36,781 nucleotides of DNA from Octopus sinensis (lineage: Eukaryota), in contig NW_021824659.1 in assembly GCF_006345805.1 (NCBI RefSeq), positions 1 through 36,781 on the forward strand, in the 5' to 3' direction. The notes under the pieces were generated by a model. It had not been told where the DNA came from. It worked only from the letters and a program-made list of their open reading frames with translations, and did not search any database. This document shows positions 1-9,913 of this stretch, in pieces (within the stretch, counting starts at the first letter, position 1; each line of letters starts with the position of its first letter). The position numbers were made by a program, and so were the translations under genes.

Positions 1-78
1 ATATATATATATATATATATAATATATTATATATATATATATAATATATATATATATATATACATACATATATATATT
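1..78. repeat. (AT)n microsatellite, truncated by window start
   Basis: Direct dinucleotide repeat. Confidence 0.95.
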
Positions 79-79
79 T

Positions 80-430
80 CCCAGGTCGACTCATATCTTG
101 TGAGTGAATTGATAGGCGGAAACTTTGCAGAAAAGCGCCGTTTGCTTTTGTGTGTGTGCACACCTGCACGTGAGCTTTTTTTAGGCATGTGTGCATGCAC
201 GTGTACTTTTTAGCTTGTATGTTCGCGCGTGTACTTATGTTCATGTTTGTGTTTGTCTCTCACCTATTCACAACAGGCTTTTGACTTTTTACGTCCGCGT
301 CAATTATAGACGTGGACAAAGAAGCCGCTGCTATAAGTAGTGGACTTGAAATATATACTGGACGACTAAAAATCCTTCAAATTGTTGTTTTAGCATCGGC
401 GCAGTCTAATAACTCTAAGAAATGAAACAG
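80..430 (+). mobile_element. Degenerate SINE family A copy (fragments)
   Basis: cttgtgagtgaattgataggcggaaact (about 98-125) and cgactaaaaatccttcaa...gcagtc (about 363-406) match the middle and tail of the fuller copies at 19692-20110 and 35362-35700. Confidence 0.5.
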
Positions 431-440
431 TACATGAAGT

Positions 441-474
<34 letters not shown>

Positions 475-475
475 C

Positions 476-516
<41 letters not shown>

Positions 517-518
517 GA

Positions 519-570
<52 letters not shown>

Positions 571-645
571 TAGATAGATGATAGATAGATAGATAGATAG
601 ATAGATGATAGATAGATAGATAGATAATAGATGGATGGATGGATG

Positions 646-685
<40 letters not shown>

Positions 686-812
686 TCTAAGATAGATAGA
701 GATAGATAGATAGATAGATATGTAGGTAGTTAGGTAGGTAGGTAGGTAGGTAGGTAGGTAGGTAAGTAGGTAGGTAGGTAGGTATGTAGGTAGGTAGGTA
801 GGTAGGTAGGTA
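441..812. repeat. Compound tetranucleotide array (GATA)n-(GGAT)n-(GATA)n-(GGTA)n
   Basis: Direct repeats. An array with the same GATA to GGTA order occurs at about 33455-33735. Confidence 0.95.
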
Positions 813-1302
813 TATGCCCTAAGGTTCAGTATGTATGTCTATGTATATTTGATGCCTCTGATATACTCCTTTACTTTCCCGCTTGACTGAATCCAAAGAA
901 TAAATTCCCCTCCTCAAACGGGAATAACCCTCACCTCATATCTTTCTCTGAAGTCACTCCCGTAAATACCTAATTTTCCCCTATCCTTTTCCACCCTTTG
1001 TATTTTCTGCACAATTACTCTCCCTATCTACATCACATCCAATTCTCACTTATATTACTCCACCTAACATATGAACAACAGCCGGAAACATTATATAAAG
1101 CCCAAAGAAAAAACAAAATCAGTATGATACAACAAGCAAGACGAAACTTCAAAATCACTGTCAACCTTTACCTTGTAAAAATTGATAAGGTATTGAATGA
1201 TCCTTCACTTTAATATTAAAGTGTTGATAGGTGTATGTGTGAGTGTGTGTGTGTGTGCGTGTGCATGCTTGTGTGTTTGTACCTTTGCACATGATATATA
1301 TA

Positions 1303-1365
<63 letters not shown>

Positions 1366-1937
1366 TGTAAATGTTCAATCAATTCCTGCTTTCAAACTAG
1401 CTTAACATTTTTCCAAACTAGCAACCAGACAGCGTAATGCTTGCAGAAATGAGGTTTGCTTAGAGTATACAGTCTCTAAGTTTAGTCAGTTAGTGAACCG
1501 CTTAACCTGTACGCATTATCACATTTGATCCCAGGCCAACCTAGTGTATTTAGGCATACAGTGTTATAATGTACTTTTAACTACCACCCGCTGAACGCAT
1601 ACCCTTGTCGAAGCTTGCATACTACACAGTTAAAAAGCTACGTAACACCTGAATTATTCCTTGGTGCTTAATAATTAATTTATGTAATTATTGGTTTAAT
1701 ATTTTAAATTACTTTATCGGTGTTTGAAATTATTTGTTTCTTTCGAAAATGGTTTATATATGAAGGCTTGACTTCCATCGTTTTGACAACTTCTGTTTGC
1801 AAGTGTACTTATGTTACCTTGCGATGGCTGTGAAACTTTTTACTCTGTTGAATAAAACATCATTTAGTTCACTTTCTATTAATGAAAAGAAACGCATAGT
1901 CGACCGTAGAAGGTCTTTATGTAACTTACAAACAGCT

Positions 1938-2100
1938 AGGTATGACTCAGTGGTTAAGAAGCTCACTCTGTAACCACATGTTTCTGGTTTCAGTCTCACC
2001 GTTTGACACCTTGGGCAAGTATTATCTCTATAATCCCAGGCTGACCAACACTTTGTGAGTGAATTTCGTAAGCGGAAACTCGTCGAGTAGGAGTATGTGT
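1938..2100 (+). mobile_element. SINE family A, 5' half (tRNA-derived head plus CORE-like domain)
   Basis: Head gactcagtggttaag...ggtttcagtc has A/B-box-like motifs. ccttgggcaagt at 2009-2020 resembles the CORE-SINE domain and recurs at 3785-3796 (rc) and 19768-19779. Confidence 0.8.
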
Positions 2101-2161
2101 GAGAGAGAGAGAAAGAGTCTGTATATATGTGTGTTTGGTTGTTGATAGAAAAGGACAAATT

Positions 2162-2735
2162 TGTGAAAGATTCATTAGATTTATTGATGTTAGTGAAGAT
2201 AGAAGTGCTCAGGTTAGTTCAGATTTAGCTATAAACTATCTAGATGATTTAAGCCGTTTAAAACAAAAATGATAGCTGCTCAAACATAGATGGTGCTGCT
2301 GTCATAGCAAGCAAATTTAATGGTGCTCAGTCAAAAGTTAAAGAGAGAAAATCGAGACTTTTTTTTCTTCTTTTTTACACTGTTATATTCATAAACTTGA
2401 TCTAGTTTTAAATCAACTGTTTTTGACGTCCCGGAATTTAATATATTTTTCTTCAATATTACGGAGTATATCGTCATGCTTTTAATAGGTCCACGTAGTA
2501 GATTTCTTTACCTGATGGTTTTTCGATTCCCATAGCTTACTCCAAAGCAGTGGAGTTGTTCGTTTCGATTAACTGCAAATGCCAAGGTAAACGTAGAGGA
2601 TAAAAGAAATGTTTCTATTTTACTATATTCTGAAAAATTCAAATACTTGAATGATAAAACGAAAATGATGCAAGAGAATTTTCATCAGGCTTTAACACAG
2701 TTGAATTTAATTTTTTTATTAGAAATATTTTCTTG
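2162..2735 (+). pseudogene. hAT-superfamily (ZMYM1-like) transposase relic with frameshifts and stops
   Basis: Manual translation across frameshifts: ERFIRFIDVSEDRSA (2165-2209), AQT(Y)DGAAVIASKFNGAQSKVKE (2278-2346, DGA catalytic motif), HCYIHKLDLVL (2378-2410, CxxH motif), then PKQW and LNLIFLLEIF. Order and spacing match hAT transposases. Confidence 0.75.
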
Positions 2736-2738
2736 CAT

Positions 2739-2791
<53 letters not shown>

Positions 2792-2832
2792 TATATATAT
2801 ATAATATAATATATATATAATATATATATATA

Positions 2833-3004
2833 TAATTGTATATATCTATTGTTACTACTTTCATAAAAAGCCTTTACTTTTTTATTTTCACTTATTTTTC
2901 TTACTTTCCCCTTACATTTCCACGTGTAGTTTCTATTTTCCTTTTGTTGGAAATAAAAAAAGTAAAGGCTTTTTATGAAAAGTAACGATAGATATATACA
3001 ATTA
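2833..3004. repeat. Foldback inverted repeat, arms about 55 bp, spacer about 60 bp
   Basis: taattgtatatatctattgttactactttcataaaaagcctttacttttttattttc (2833-2889) pairs with gaaataaaaaaagtaaaggctttttatgaaaagtaacgatagatatatacaatta (2950-3004), with a few mismatches and indels. Confidence 0.9.
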
Positions 3005-3009
3005 CATGA

Positions 3010-3432
3010 ACTGAGATAGGAATAAATGTAATAAAAGTCATTATTGTGAATTGTCAAAGAGATTTAAAAGCATACCGGTTTCGTAAAATTACTAATCATT
3101 GCTTTGAATGCACACCGATTACTGAACTAGTCCCTGAGTAAAAAGATTATGAGTAAGGGAGATAAGTAGTTGTGGATTTGGTACAATTAGAGTAGATATA
3201 GATCTGTAATGTGAATGGTGTATGGGATGTATGGGGATTAGTGGTATTAAATGAAAGGTTAGTAGTGATCTGTATTATGTTATGTGTTCATATTGAGTTG
3301 GGGTAGATATGTATTGTTGCACTGATGTGTTCTGTGAACATTGATAGAAGGAGAAAATTAGGAAATTAGGATTAAGATTCCTAGCACACCTTTCTATGTG
3401 TTCACTGACCTGTATCTGCCTGTATTGTGGGG
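3010..3432 (-). mobile_element. Penelope-like retroelement 3' remnant (GIY-YIG C-terminus plus terminal hammerhead relic)
   Basis: Minus-strand peptide PQYRQIQVSEHIERCARNLNPNFLIFSFYQ resembles PLE GIY-YIG C-termini (EH..C...F.IFPFY). A decayed hammerhead lies downstream on the same strand at 3067-3105. Confidence 0.55.
3067..3105 (-). ncRNA. Decayed minimal type I hammerhead ribozyme motif
   Basis: Minus strand reads AAAGCA-aUGAUuA-GUAA(UU)UUAC-GAAA-CCGG-UA/UGCUUU. Helix I is a perfect 6 bp, helix II is 4 bp and helix III is palindromic. The core has two substitutions (C3A, G8U), so it is probably inactive. Confidence 0.55.
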
Positions 3433-3625
3433 TTTTGCCCAGCATGCTAACGATTCGGCCAGCTCTCCGCCCAGAGTTTACCCCTCGGAAATGAAGTAAC
3501 GTTACCAATGAGGATTAATTCAATGCGAAATCGGTCGGCCGATCTGACGCCCTCGCTTGCTGGGGGGAGGCTATCTCCCTTGTTAGTAAATAGAAAGTGC
3601 TCTCTCTCTCTCTCTCGCTTCTTCG

Positions 3626-3661
<36 letters not shown>

Positions 3662-3664
3662 TAT

Positions 3665-3697
<33 letters not shown>

Positions 3698-4212
3698 CTA
3701 TATATATAAGACGTGATTCTTTCAGTTTCCGTCTGTCAAATCCACTCACAAGGCATTGGTCGGCCCGAGGCTATTATAGGAGATACTTGCCCAAGGTGCT
3801 ACGCAGTTGGTTTGAACCCGGAACCATGTGGTTAGGAAGCAAGCTTCTTACCGTACAGTCACGCCTAAGGTGGTTAGACGCAATTTGAAACCAAAAGGCA
3901 CAAATACAACCGTCACTAAAAGTAACTAAGGGTGCAAGTCAGCAATAGCATTGCTAGAAATAAGAGTCAAAATAACTCTTAGCCACGAACAGAGCATTTT
4001 CTGTTCAACAGAAACTGTTCAACAGAAAGTGTTCATCAGAGCACTTTCTATTCACTAACAAGGGAGATAGCCTCCCTTCAGCAAGCGAGGGGTCAGATCG
4101 GCCGACCGATTTCGGATATAATTAATCCTCATTGGTAAGGTAACGTTACTTCATTTCCGAGGGGTAAGCTCTAGGCGGAGAGCTGGCCGAATCATTAGCA
4201 CGCCGGGCAAAA
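3433..4212. repeat. Long inverted repeat, arms 3433-3603 and 4038-4212
   Basis: The reverse complement of 3433-3603 aligns with 4038-4212 at roughly 90% by eye (gcactttctatt.actaacaagggagatagcctccc...ggcggagagctggccgaatc.ttagca.gc.gggcaaaa). The right arm has an extra ggtaa. Confidence 0.95.
3705..3868 (-). mobile_element. SINE family A, 5' half
   Basis: ttcagtttccgtctgtcaaatccactcacaagg...acttgcccaagg...gaacccggaaccatgtggtt is the reverse complement of the family A head and CORE-like region. Confidence 0.85.
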
Positions 4213-4397
4213 TGTTTAGCGGCATTTCGTCCGTCTTTACGTTCTGAGTTGAAATTCCGCTAAGGTTGACTTTGCCTTTCATACTTTCAGGGTCAATAAA
4301 TTAAGTACCAGTTGCGTACTGGGATCGATCTAATTGACTGGCACCACCACCACCCCAAAAAAATTCGGGCTTTTGTGCCTAGAGTAGAAAAGAATAT
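4174..4397 (+). mobile_element. SINE family B, near full length (tRNA-derived head)
   Basis: ggcggagagctggccgaatcattagcacgccgggcaaaatg...gactttgcctttcat...taagtaccag. Homologous to 9693-9913 and 28440-28570. The central domain resembles the deeply conserved Meta/Sauria-type SINE domain (recalled, not checked). Confidence 0.85.
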
Positions 4398-5159
4398 ATA
4401 CATATATAAGACAAGGCTTAAATAACGGTAATTACATATTTTTCCTTTATTGAGTCAAATTTACTACAATAAAGAAAAATATGTTATGACCATTATTTAT
4501 GCATTGTCTTGTTTATCAATCTGTATAAAAACCAGTATAACTGAATACAACCATGGATTTATAATATAGAATGGGGATAGATTATAATCTTTGACCCTGC
4601 CACAAGAATACGCGGGGTTCTTTACTAATCTAAACAATATCGTTAGCCAGGTGTACTAACAGAGAACGTATGAAGTAATTTACTCGGTTTGATAATCCCT
4701 CACTAATAACTATAAATATATGTATATATATACATATGAGGACGGGGCATATTACTATTCCATGAGATTTTCTATCAAATATTCTTAATAAATTGCTATG
4801 CTAAAAATAGCAAGTAAGTTTCTTTAATCGCACCCTATGAAAAATGGGTTGTTGTGCTAAAATATCCCTATATTGTTTTTTCATTGCTTCCAATTGTATT
4901 AGAAATGTTTCGATTTCGCCATATCATACCATTCCATCTGGGGTTTTTTTTACCATATTCTTGGTATATTGATCTTTCATTTTTTTTCAGTCTTTTTATC
5001 TTTTATTATGTAATTTTTCGCATTGATCGATATATCTCGTCACATTGAAAATCGAAAATAAAAACATGAATTTTAAACGAAATCAGACCTTAATTAAATA
5101 TATTTCAACATCTTATTTATCATTTATAAACGTCTTCATGCACGCGCTCGCGCAAAGCC

Positions 5160-5409
5160 ACGCACATACACACACACGCACACACACATGCACACACACG
5201 CACACACGCACGCACACACACACACACACACATGCACACACACACACATGCGCGTGCACTCACACATACATACCAAATGACAGGAAAATCCTGCAGCGCG
5301 CTGTATTTATCTATCTATCTATCTATCTACATATATATATATGTGTATGTGTGTGTGTGTGTGTGTGTGTGTTGTGTGTGTGTGTGTGTGCGTGTGTGTG
5401 TGTGTGTGA

Positions 5410-5443
<34 letters not shown>

Positions 5444-5452
5444 ATATATATG
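5160..5452. repeat. Compound (CA)n/(TCTA)n/(TG)n/(ATGT)n microsatellite
   Basis: Direct repeats. Confidence 0.9.
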
Positions 5453-5454
5453 TA

Positions 5455-5590
5455 AATGTAAAAAAATACAAACTGGGACAAGAACGTGAAACATTTAGAA
5501 GACGATACAAAAAAAACACAGACGGGACATTCGAAGCCTTCAATCTTCAGTCAAGAACCGGATCATCTTCGCAATTTCGGGTGATGAAAG
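5455..5590 (-). mobile_element. Short dispersed repeat, copy 1 (Penelope-terminus-like); copy 2 at 30066-30207
   Basis: acaagaacgt...agacgatacaaaa...ttcaatcttcagt is shared with 30066-30207. Both copies are flanked by microsatellites, and the minus strand of both carries ctgaaga. Confidence 0.6.
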
Positions 5591-5614
5591 AGAGAGATAC
5601 AGACATATTGTATG

Positions 5615-5678
<64 letters not shown>

Positions 5679-5894
5679 TATATATAGAAGGATATACAGA
5701 TATAACTATTTATTTATTCGAGGAAATCTTCAGGAAGCTTCCTGAATATTTTCTTGAATGAAACAGTTCTAGTCCTGTAGAAGCTCCTTCTATATATATT
5801 CATTTTACTCTGCTATGTAAGACCTTATTTACTGTGGTTACCCCGAATCACCCGGACCTATATATATATATATATATAATATATATATATATAT

Positions 5895-5975
5895 AAACTG
5901 AGGTTTATGTAATCGACTTACCCATCCCCGGAAATTGCTGGACGTGTGCCAGAATTCGAAAACATTATTATTATT
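5895..5975 (+). mobile_element. SINE family B 3' fragment with (ATT)n tail
   Basis: gtaatcgacttacccatccccggaaattgctggacgtgtgccagaattcgaaaacattattattatt matches the 3' ends of 4174-4397 and 9693-9913. Confidence 0.6.
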
Positions 5976-6400
5976 GAGTGAGAAAGCAGTACCTGCCTTC
6001 AAAGTGACACTGGGGTAAAATATACGAAGCCCAGTATATTCATCATGATTACCCGTTTGATGACGGTACACCGGGCACATGCATCACAACCATATGTGCG
6101 CGATACGGTGATCTCATATCAAGATAAACAACGCATGATCTTACAGGCGGGGTCCAGTTAGAATTTTATTTGGGTTGAGTGTATCATCCCCTCAAGAAGT
6201 CCCTAAATAGGGATTATTTAAGGATGTTGAACGAAAAACCCATGTTTCCAGAAGTGAATTATCCAAACCCCAAAATAATTCCTCTCAACACATGGCTATG
6301 ATGGTTCCCCACTATTTCTGTTCGTGATCAGAGATACACATATCGACGGCCTCTAAAGGGCATGCTCAACTGGTTAACGTCAAACAACTAACAAGCAAAT
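5976..6400 (-). mobile_element. About 425-bp insertion within an (ATT)n tract; probable LINE 3' UTR or non-autonomous retroposon
   Basis: Complex sequence bounded by (ATT)4 at 5964-5975 and (ATT)n from 6401. The minus strand ends ctcactc-aataataataat. Recognised from memory as a common octopus repeat. Confidence 0.55.
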
Positions 6401-6440
6401 ATTATTATTATTATTATTATTATTATTTGTTGTTGTTGTT

Positions 6441-6479
<39 letters not shown>

Positions 6480-6504
6480 TAGTAGTAGTAGTAGTAGTAG
6501 TAGT
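6401..6504. repeat. Compound (ATT)n(GTT)n(AGT)n trinucleotide repeat
   Basis: Direct repeats. Confidence 0.9.
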
Positions 6505-6535
6505 GGCCAAATTATTCAGACATTATTCTCAGGTA

Positions 6536-6785
6536 CCTATTTTTGCCTGGCGTGGACCACTTAAGCTGAAAGATCTTTAGAGACCTTCTCCAACTGAGAC
6601 ATGACAGCTGTCTCCTTCAACAGATGTAAACTTTAACAACATATATTAAAGAAACACAACCCTTGCTTTCTTAAATGAAGAACAACTCACATCTAAATCC
6701 TTTATGAACCTTGTCAATGTTAGATCCCACGGCTTTTTGTGATATCTCATAGCAACCATAGTATTTATCACATTGTCACAACTGC
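6536..6785 (+). mobile_element. Possible highly decayed Penelope-like linker or zinc-binding region
   Basis: PIFAWRGPLKLKDL (6536-6577), RCKL*QHI (from 6622) and YLSHCHNC (6762-6785) are in the order of the PLE motifs P.VAYRRP.NL.D, RC..C.HI and Y.I.C..C, but are weak and frameshifted. Confidence 0.3.
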
Positions 6786-7489
6786 GTCTCAAAGTTGTTT
6801 TTCTTTTTTTTTTTTTGAGCCAGAAACTACTTCAGCTTCTACTTTCTACAAATGGCAGCCATTTCACCCTCAAATCCCACACTACCTCCCAGGAAAACTA
6901 TTTTCTACACTTTTTAGGCTAAGGAAAACCTCTAATAAAGGCACCAGGGTTTCTTCTCAATCCGAGAGCTCTAAGGAAGATTTTCTCTTAACACTAGAAT
7001 TAATACTATTATTGTCTTCGCTGGAAATCTCCAAACATTTAATAGTATCATCTCCGACATCATCATCATCATCATTAACATTATCGTCTTTGTCATCATC
7101 GTCATCATCAGCAGCAGCAGCGGTAGCCCGAACATCATCGACATTATCCTCTTCGTCATCATCGTCCTCATCTGTATCATCATCATTATCAATCATCATT
7201 ATTTTAGTAGAATTATGTTATCTTTATTTTTACTTTCATTTCGCGAGCTTTCGCAACACAACCCAATACAGTTTTGCGTGCGTTGGGTGTTTGCATTTTT
7301 TGCGGGTGGGGCGGATTCTTGTTTGCATTTTATTTCTTTTTCGTTATGCTATACGTATATGTGCCTGTAATACTTACTGTTTTTTCCTGGATGCTATATA
7401 TATGTGTATACATGTGCACGATCGTGAGTGTGTATGTGTGCATGAATAAGTCTTGAGATTTTCGTTATATATTTCTTTGCGTGTTTTTA

Positions 7490-7547
7490 TTATTATAATT
7501 ATAATTTTTATTATTACTATTGTTATCGTTATTATTATTATTATTAT

Positions 7548-7606
<59 letters not shown>

Positions 7607-7637
7607 TTATTATTATTATATTATTATTATTATTATC
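7490..7637. repeat. (ATT)n(ACT)n(ATT)n trinucleotide array
   Basis: Direct repeats. Confidence 0.9.
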
Positions 7638-8024
7638 ATCACCATTATTCCTGGAGTTCTTAATCAATTATGCATTTGAATTTCTTCTAAACGTACCTGA
7701 ATGTGTGTGAGTGTATGTGTGTGTGTGTGTATTAATCTTAATTTCTTGCTCATTTATTTCTGTAAATGTTTTAAGAATTTTATGGGAATTTCTTTGCAGT
7801 TTTCTTCAAAATGTCTTTCGCTTCTACTTTCTTGTATTATTCTACACAATTTATTCATTTTATCTTTCTTTTTTTTTTGTATTTACTTTCTCCTCTTCTC
7901 TGTCCTTATTTTCTCAATTATCATCATCATCATCGTCGTAGTCATCATTATTGTCTTTTATTAGAGAATTTCTGAAAAGTTACTAAAGAAAATGTGTATA
8001 TACATACACACATACATAAATATG

Positions 8025-8191
<167 letters not shown>

Positions 8192-8217
8192 TTCATATGC
8201 ATTTATGTATATATATA

Positions 8218-8356
8218 CAATAATGCCTCGATATACGAATTAATTCGTCCGAGAGAACGCTCGCAAAGCGAAAACTCGTAAACAGAAACTAAAACTAATA
8301 AAAGCTCGTAAATCCAGGACTCGTAAAGCGGGTTCTCGTAAAGTCATGTTTTACTG
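8218..8356. mobile_element. Tigger/pogo-like MITE (degenerate)
   Basis: TA-flanked. Left end caataatgcctcgatatacga versus right end rc cagtaaaacatgactttacga. An internal ctcgtaaa-type motif is repeated. Confidence 0.45.
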
Positions 8357-8372
8357 TATATATATATATATA

Positions 8373-8421
<49 letters not shown>

Positions 8422-8435
8422 ATATATTATATATA

Positions 8436-8471
<36 letters not shown>

Positions 8472-9692
8472 TGTATATATGTTGTTCCGGATTCCCACTA
8501 CTCGGTACATTTGCCAAGTGTCTTCTAGTATGAGTGTGTATATGAGCATGTGCACGTGTGTGTGCGCAGTTGAGCACATGCGCGTGTGTTCGCGCACAAT
8601 TTGTCTGTGTCCCTGTCCGTTCATGCGTTTCATATAACATCATCATTGCAATCATCGACTATAAAAAAAAGTACTTATACATATTTGCTAGTGTACTGTA
8701 AGTAGATACTATACAATGTCACAATTAGATTCATTTAAGTTTTGCAATAATACACGGTCACAATATGCCTCATAGTCTGTATATAGTTATATAAATCACT
8801 TCCAAAATAAATTACTTATTCAAAATGGCCAGTTCAAAGGGAGTGGGAGAAGGTGTTGATCACAAACATTGTTGCAACAGACACACCTCAAAAGACGTGG
8901 AAAAAATGTAGGAAAGTTTAAAACATTTCTTCGTTAAATTTATCAACCCTACGTTCAAAATTACGAAGTTTATAAAATTATGTAAATACGAGTATGCCGA
9001 CCATCCCACTATCTGATCGAATGGTTCTTTCTCTGCGAATGTAAATCAACTGAAAAATTAATTCCATTTTCCATTTTTTTTCTCACATTATCTTCCTGTC
9101 TATTTGCTTATTGCTAACGATTAGTTCTAGGATTTTAATTCCTGTCTCAAATTCAGAGTTAAATTTCAATAAATTTAGAATTATTGAACGTGTGTAGAAA
9201 CACGCAAGCACACGCACGCACACGCACGCACATGTGCATATATACACAACCACACACTAATGTGTTGTGTGTGTGTATACAGGCATTTATTGAACTTACA
9301 GATATAGTATGTATGTATGTATGTATGTATGTATGTATAAGGGACCAATAGTCAGTAACGAGTTCTAGGTTACAGACTATTCAAACGATTAAATTAGAAG
9401 ATACAGGAACAATATATAGGAAAAGATATTTTTGAAAACATACTGAAAATGAATATTCATAGAGATACGATTGGTTTCCGGAAAATCGTTAGGAAATACG
9501 TCACACTTTCACATGTTTAATCGTTTTATACGCAAAACACGATTTGTAAATCATTCACATATAAAACGTGTGATATTTTCATGTCTTCAGTATTATATTT
9601 GTAAAAGGTATGGAACTTGGCTACTGCTAGCAATGTTTCAGTGTCGATGAATAAAATAATATTTTAGATTTCATTATATGACTATCTTTAAA

Positions 9693-9913
9693 GGCAGCGA
9701 GCTGACAGAATCGTTAGCACGCCGAGCGAAATGGTAAGCGGCATAAGCGGCATTTCGTCTGTCTTCACGTTCTAAGTTCACATGACACCGATATCGACTT
9801 TGACTTTAATCTTTTAGGGGTGGATAAAATAAGCACCAGTTGAACACCGGGGTCAATATAATTGACTTAGTCCTTCCCCCAAAATTTCAGGCCTTGTGCC
9901 TTTAGAAGACAGG
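9693..9913 (+). mobile_element. SINE family B, full length, with 17-bp target-site duplication
   Basis: Flanked by attatatgactatcttt (9673-9689) and attatatgaccatcttt (9914-9930), one mismatch. Internal 9-bp duplication taagcggca. Confidence 0.9.

Noticed and set aside
441-812. Segmental duplication with 33455-33735 (same GATA to GGTA order)
   Set aside because: Flanks are unrelated, and a single A-to-G step converts GATA to GGTA, so independent origin is sufficient.
998-1213. 71-aa ORF in complex sequence
   Set aside because: Non-ATG start, no motif, no splice context. Possibly an old retroelement remnant but not assignable.
6739-7449. 236-aa ORF with poly-Ser
   Set aside because: Held open by (CAT)n and poly-T, with no coherent domain. 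The only weak signal nearby is the PLE-like motifs in other frames.
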